From Mobula hypostoma (taxonomy: Eukaryota), in contig NC_086104.1 in NCBI RefSeq assembly GCF_963921235.1, positions 88,102,001-88,166,000 of the forward strand: 64,000 nucleotides of DNA, written 5' to 3'. The notes under the pieces were generated by a model that saw only the letters and a program-made list of their open reading frames with translations, was not told where the DNA came from and ran no database searches. Below are positions 62,425 through 64,000 of this stretch, in pieces. Every line of letters starts with the position of its first letter. The first letter of the stretch is position 1. The translations under genes were made by a program, and so were the position numbers.

Positions 62425-63095
62425 GAGTAGCGGGATCTTGGGGTCCACATCCATTGATTCCTCAAAGCTGCTGCACAAGTTGACAGAATGACTAAGAAGG
62501 TGTATGGTGTGCTGGCCTTCACTAGTCGGGGGATTGAGTTCAGGAGCCGCGAGGTAATGTTGCAGCCTCTTGAAACTCTGGTGAGACCACACTTGGAGTA
62601 TTGTGTTCGATTCTGGTCGCCTCATGATTGGAAAGATGTGGAAGGTTTAGAGAGGGTGTAGAGGAGATTTGCCAGGACGCTGCCTGGATTAGAGAGCATG
62701 TCTTATGAGTGGGTTGTAGTTTTTCTCTTTGAAGCAAAGGAGGGTGAGAGGTGATTTGAAAGAGGTTTATAGATGATAAGTGGCATAGGTAGAATGGACA
62801 GCCCAGTGCCTTTTTTCCCAAGGTGGAAATGGCTAATACAAAAGGACATAATTTTAGGATGATTGAAAGAAAGTATGGGAGGGAATGTGAGAGATGGGTA
62901 TTTTTACACAGAGAGTGGTAAACATATGGAATGTACTGCCGGGATGGTGGTAGAGGCTGATACATTAGGGAGGTTCACATGCCTGAAAGAAAATAGGAGG
63001 GCTATGTGCAAAGGAGGGGATAGTTTGATCTTAGAGTAGGTTAAAAGGTCGGCACAACAGCATGGGCTGAAGGGCCTGTGCTGTGCTGTACCTAT
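62425..63095 (+). mobile_element. CR1-like LINE 3' fragment
   Basis: LVRPHLEYCV.FWSP region (62578-62622). Tail ggcacaacagcatgggctgaagggcctgtgctgtgctgta. Confidence 0.8.
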
Positions 63096-63675
63096 GATAT
63101 ATTTCTATGCTGTAATTTAGTGTGAGGTTAATGTATACAAACCACACGGGTACATAAGATCCCTCATAAATCTGTTGGGAGGCTGAGCTGTTAGGTGATT
63201 TGAGTTTAAAACTGGTTTACGGTTTAACTGGATTTGATTCCACTTGTGGGGAGCCCAGCATATGAGATATTCATCTATAACCCATTAGGTGATCCAGAAA
63301 TATGTATTTAAAATAGTCAACTTGCTCCCCTGTTGGATAGTTGCACTTTGACAAGAATGCATATATGTAGAAACTGGATAAGGGGGAAAAGGGATAAAAG
63401 CTGTTTTTTTATTAGGAAGTTGACAGAAGGCTTGTGGAATTTCTAAACACCAGTGTGGACTTCTTGAGATGAATGGTCCGTGTCCATGCAGTGGTGTAAT
63501 TTGAACTGTGCTTAAAAACAAAGAGCTGAATTTGCATAGCAACTCTACTGTTTGAAAATACTCAACACGATTCAAAATATCAACCGAGATTTGGCACTGG
63601 CACAGAAGCCATGACGGATTTGCTCAAAGTGGTAAACTTTGACAAAGGACTTAAAGAAGGAAGGTTATTTGGGTA

Positions 63676-63930
63676 ACACACACAAAAAATGCTGGTGAGC
63701 GCAGCAGGCCAGGCAGCATCTATAGGAAGAAGTACAGTCGACGTTTCGGGCCGAGACCCTTTGTCAGGACTAACTGAAAGAAGAGATTGTAAGAGATTTG
63801 AAAGTAGGAGGGGGAGATCCGAAATGATAGGAGAGGACAGGAGGTGGAAGGGATGGAGCTGAGAGCTGGAAAGTTGATTGGCAAAAGGGATGCGAGGCTG
63901 GAGAAGGGAGAGGATCACGGGACGGGAGAC
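63676..63930 (-). mobile_element. Penelope terminal-repeat arm with a hammerhead motif (63736-63771, one core substitution)
   Basis: Minus strand AGTC-CTGACAA-agggtctcggccc-GAAA-CGTC-GACT. Possible TSD atttgggta at 63667-63675 and 63942-63950. Confidence 0.85.
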
Positions 63931-64000
63931 GAGTTATAGTGATTTGGGTAGTTCGTTAGTAACATTTGAATTTGTGAGATGTATAATCAGTGTTTCTTAT

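Overview
This is vertebrate genomic DNA, not prokaryotic. The mix of CR1/HER1-like LINEs, V-SINE, DeuSINE, Rex1/Babar-like LINEs and abundant Penelope-like elements suggests a cartilaginous fish, probably a ray or skate (inference). Three host genes can be built exon by exon with canonical GT-AG boundaries. (1) A two-exon SMIM26-like microprotein gene (- strand, 19738..19588 + 18489..18317, 107 aa), which the ORF track does not show as a unit. (2) A complete TAF5L coding sequence (- strand, 4 coding exons, 55488..38046, 587 aa). (3) The first two coding exons of URB2 (+ strand), sharing a CpG-island bidirectional promoter with TAF5L. Most of the rest is nested, decayed transposable elements: L1, CR1, RTE, Rex1/Babar, Penelope, Tc1, Tigger and SINEs, many with target-site duplications (TSDs) readable by eye. 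The most notable non-genic signal is a Penelope-like retroelement family whose terminal repeat carries a minimal, probably dimer-dependent hammerhead ribozyme (CUGANGA..GAAACGUC), seen as about a dozen intact or decayed copies. The same family produced asymmetric foldback insertions with 14-bp TSDs, one nested inside a second Penelope-like foldback in a TAF5L intron. Repeat-family names come from recognised motifs, not from a database search.
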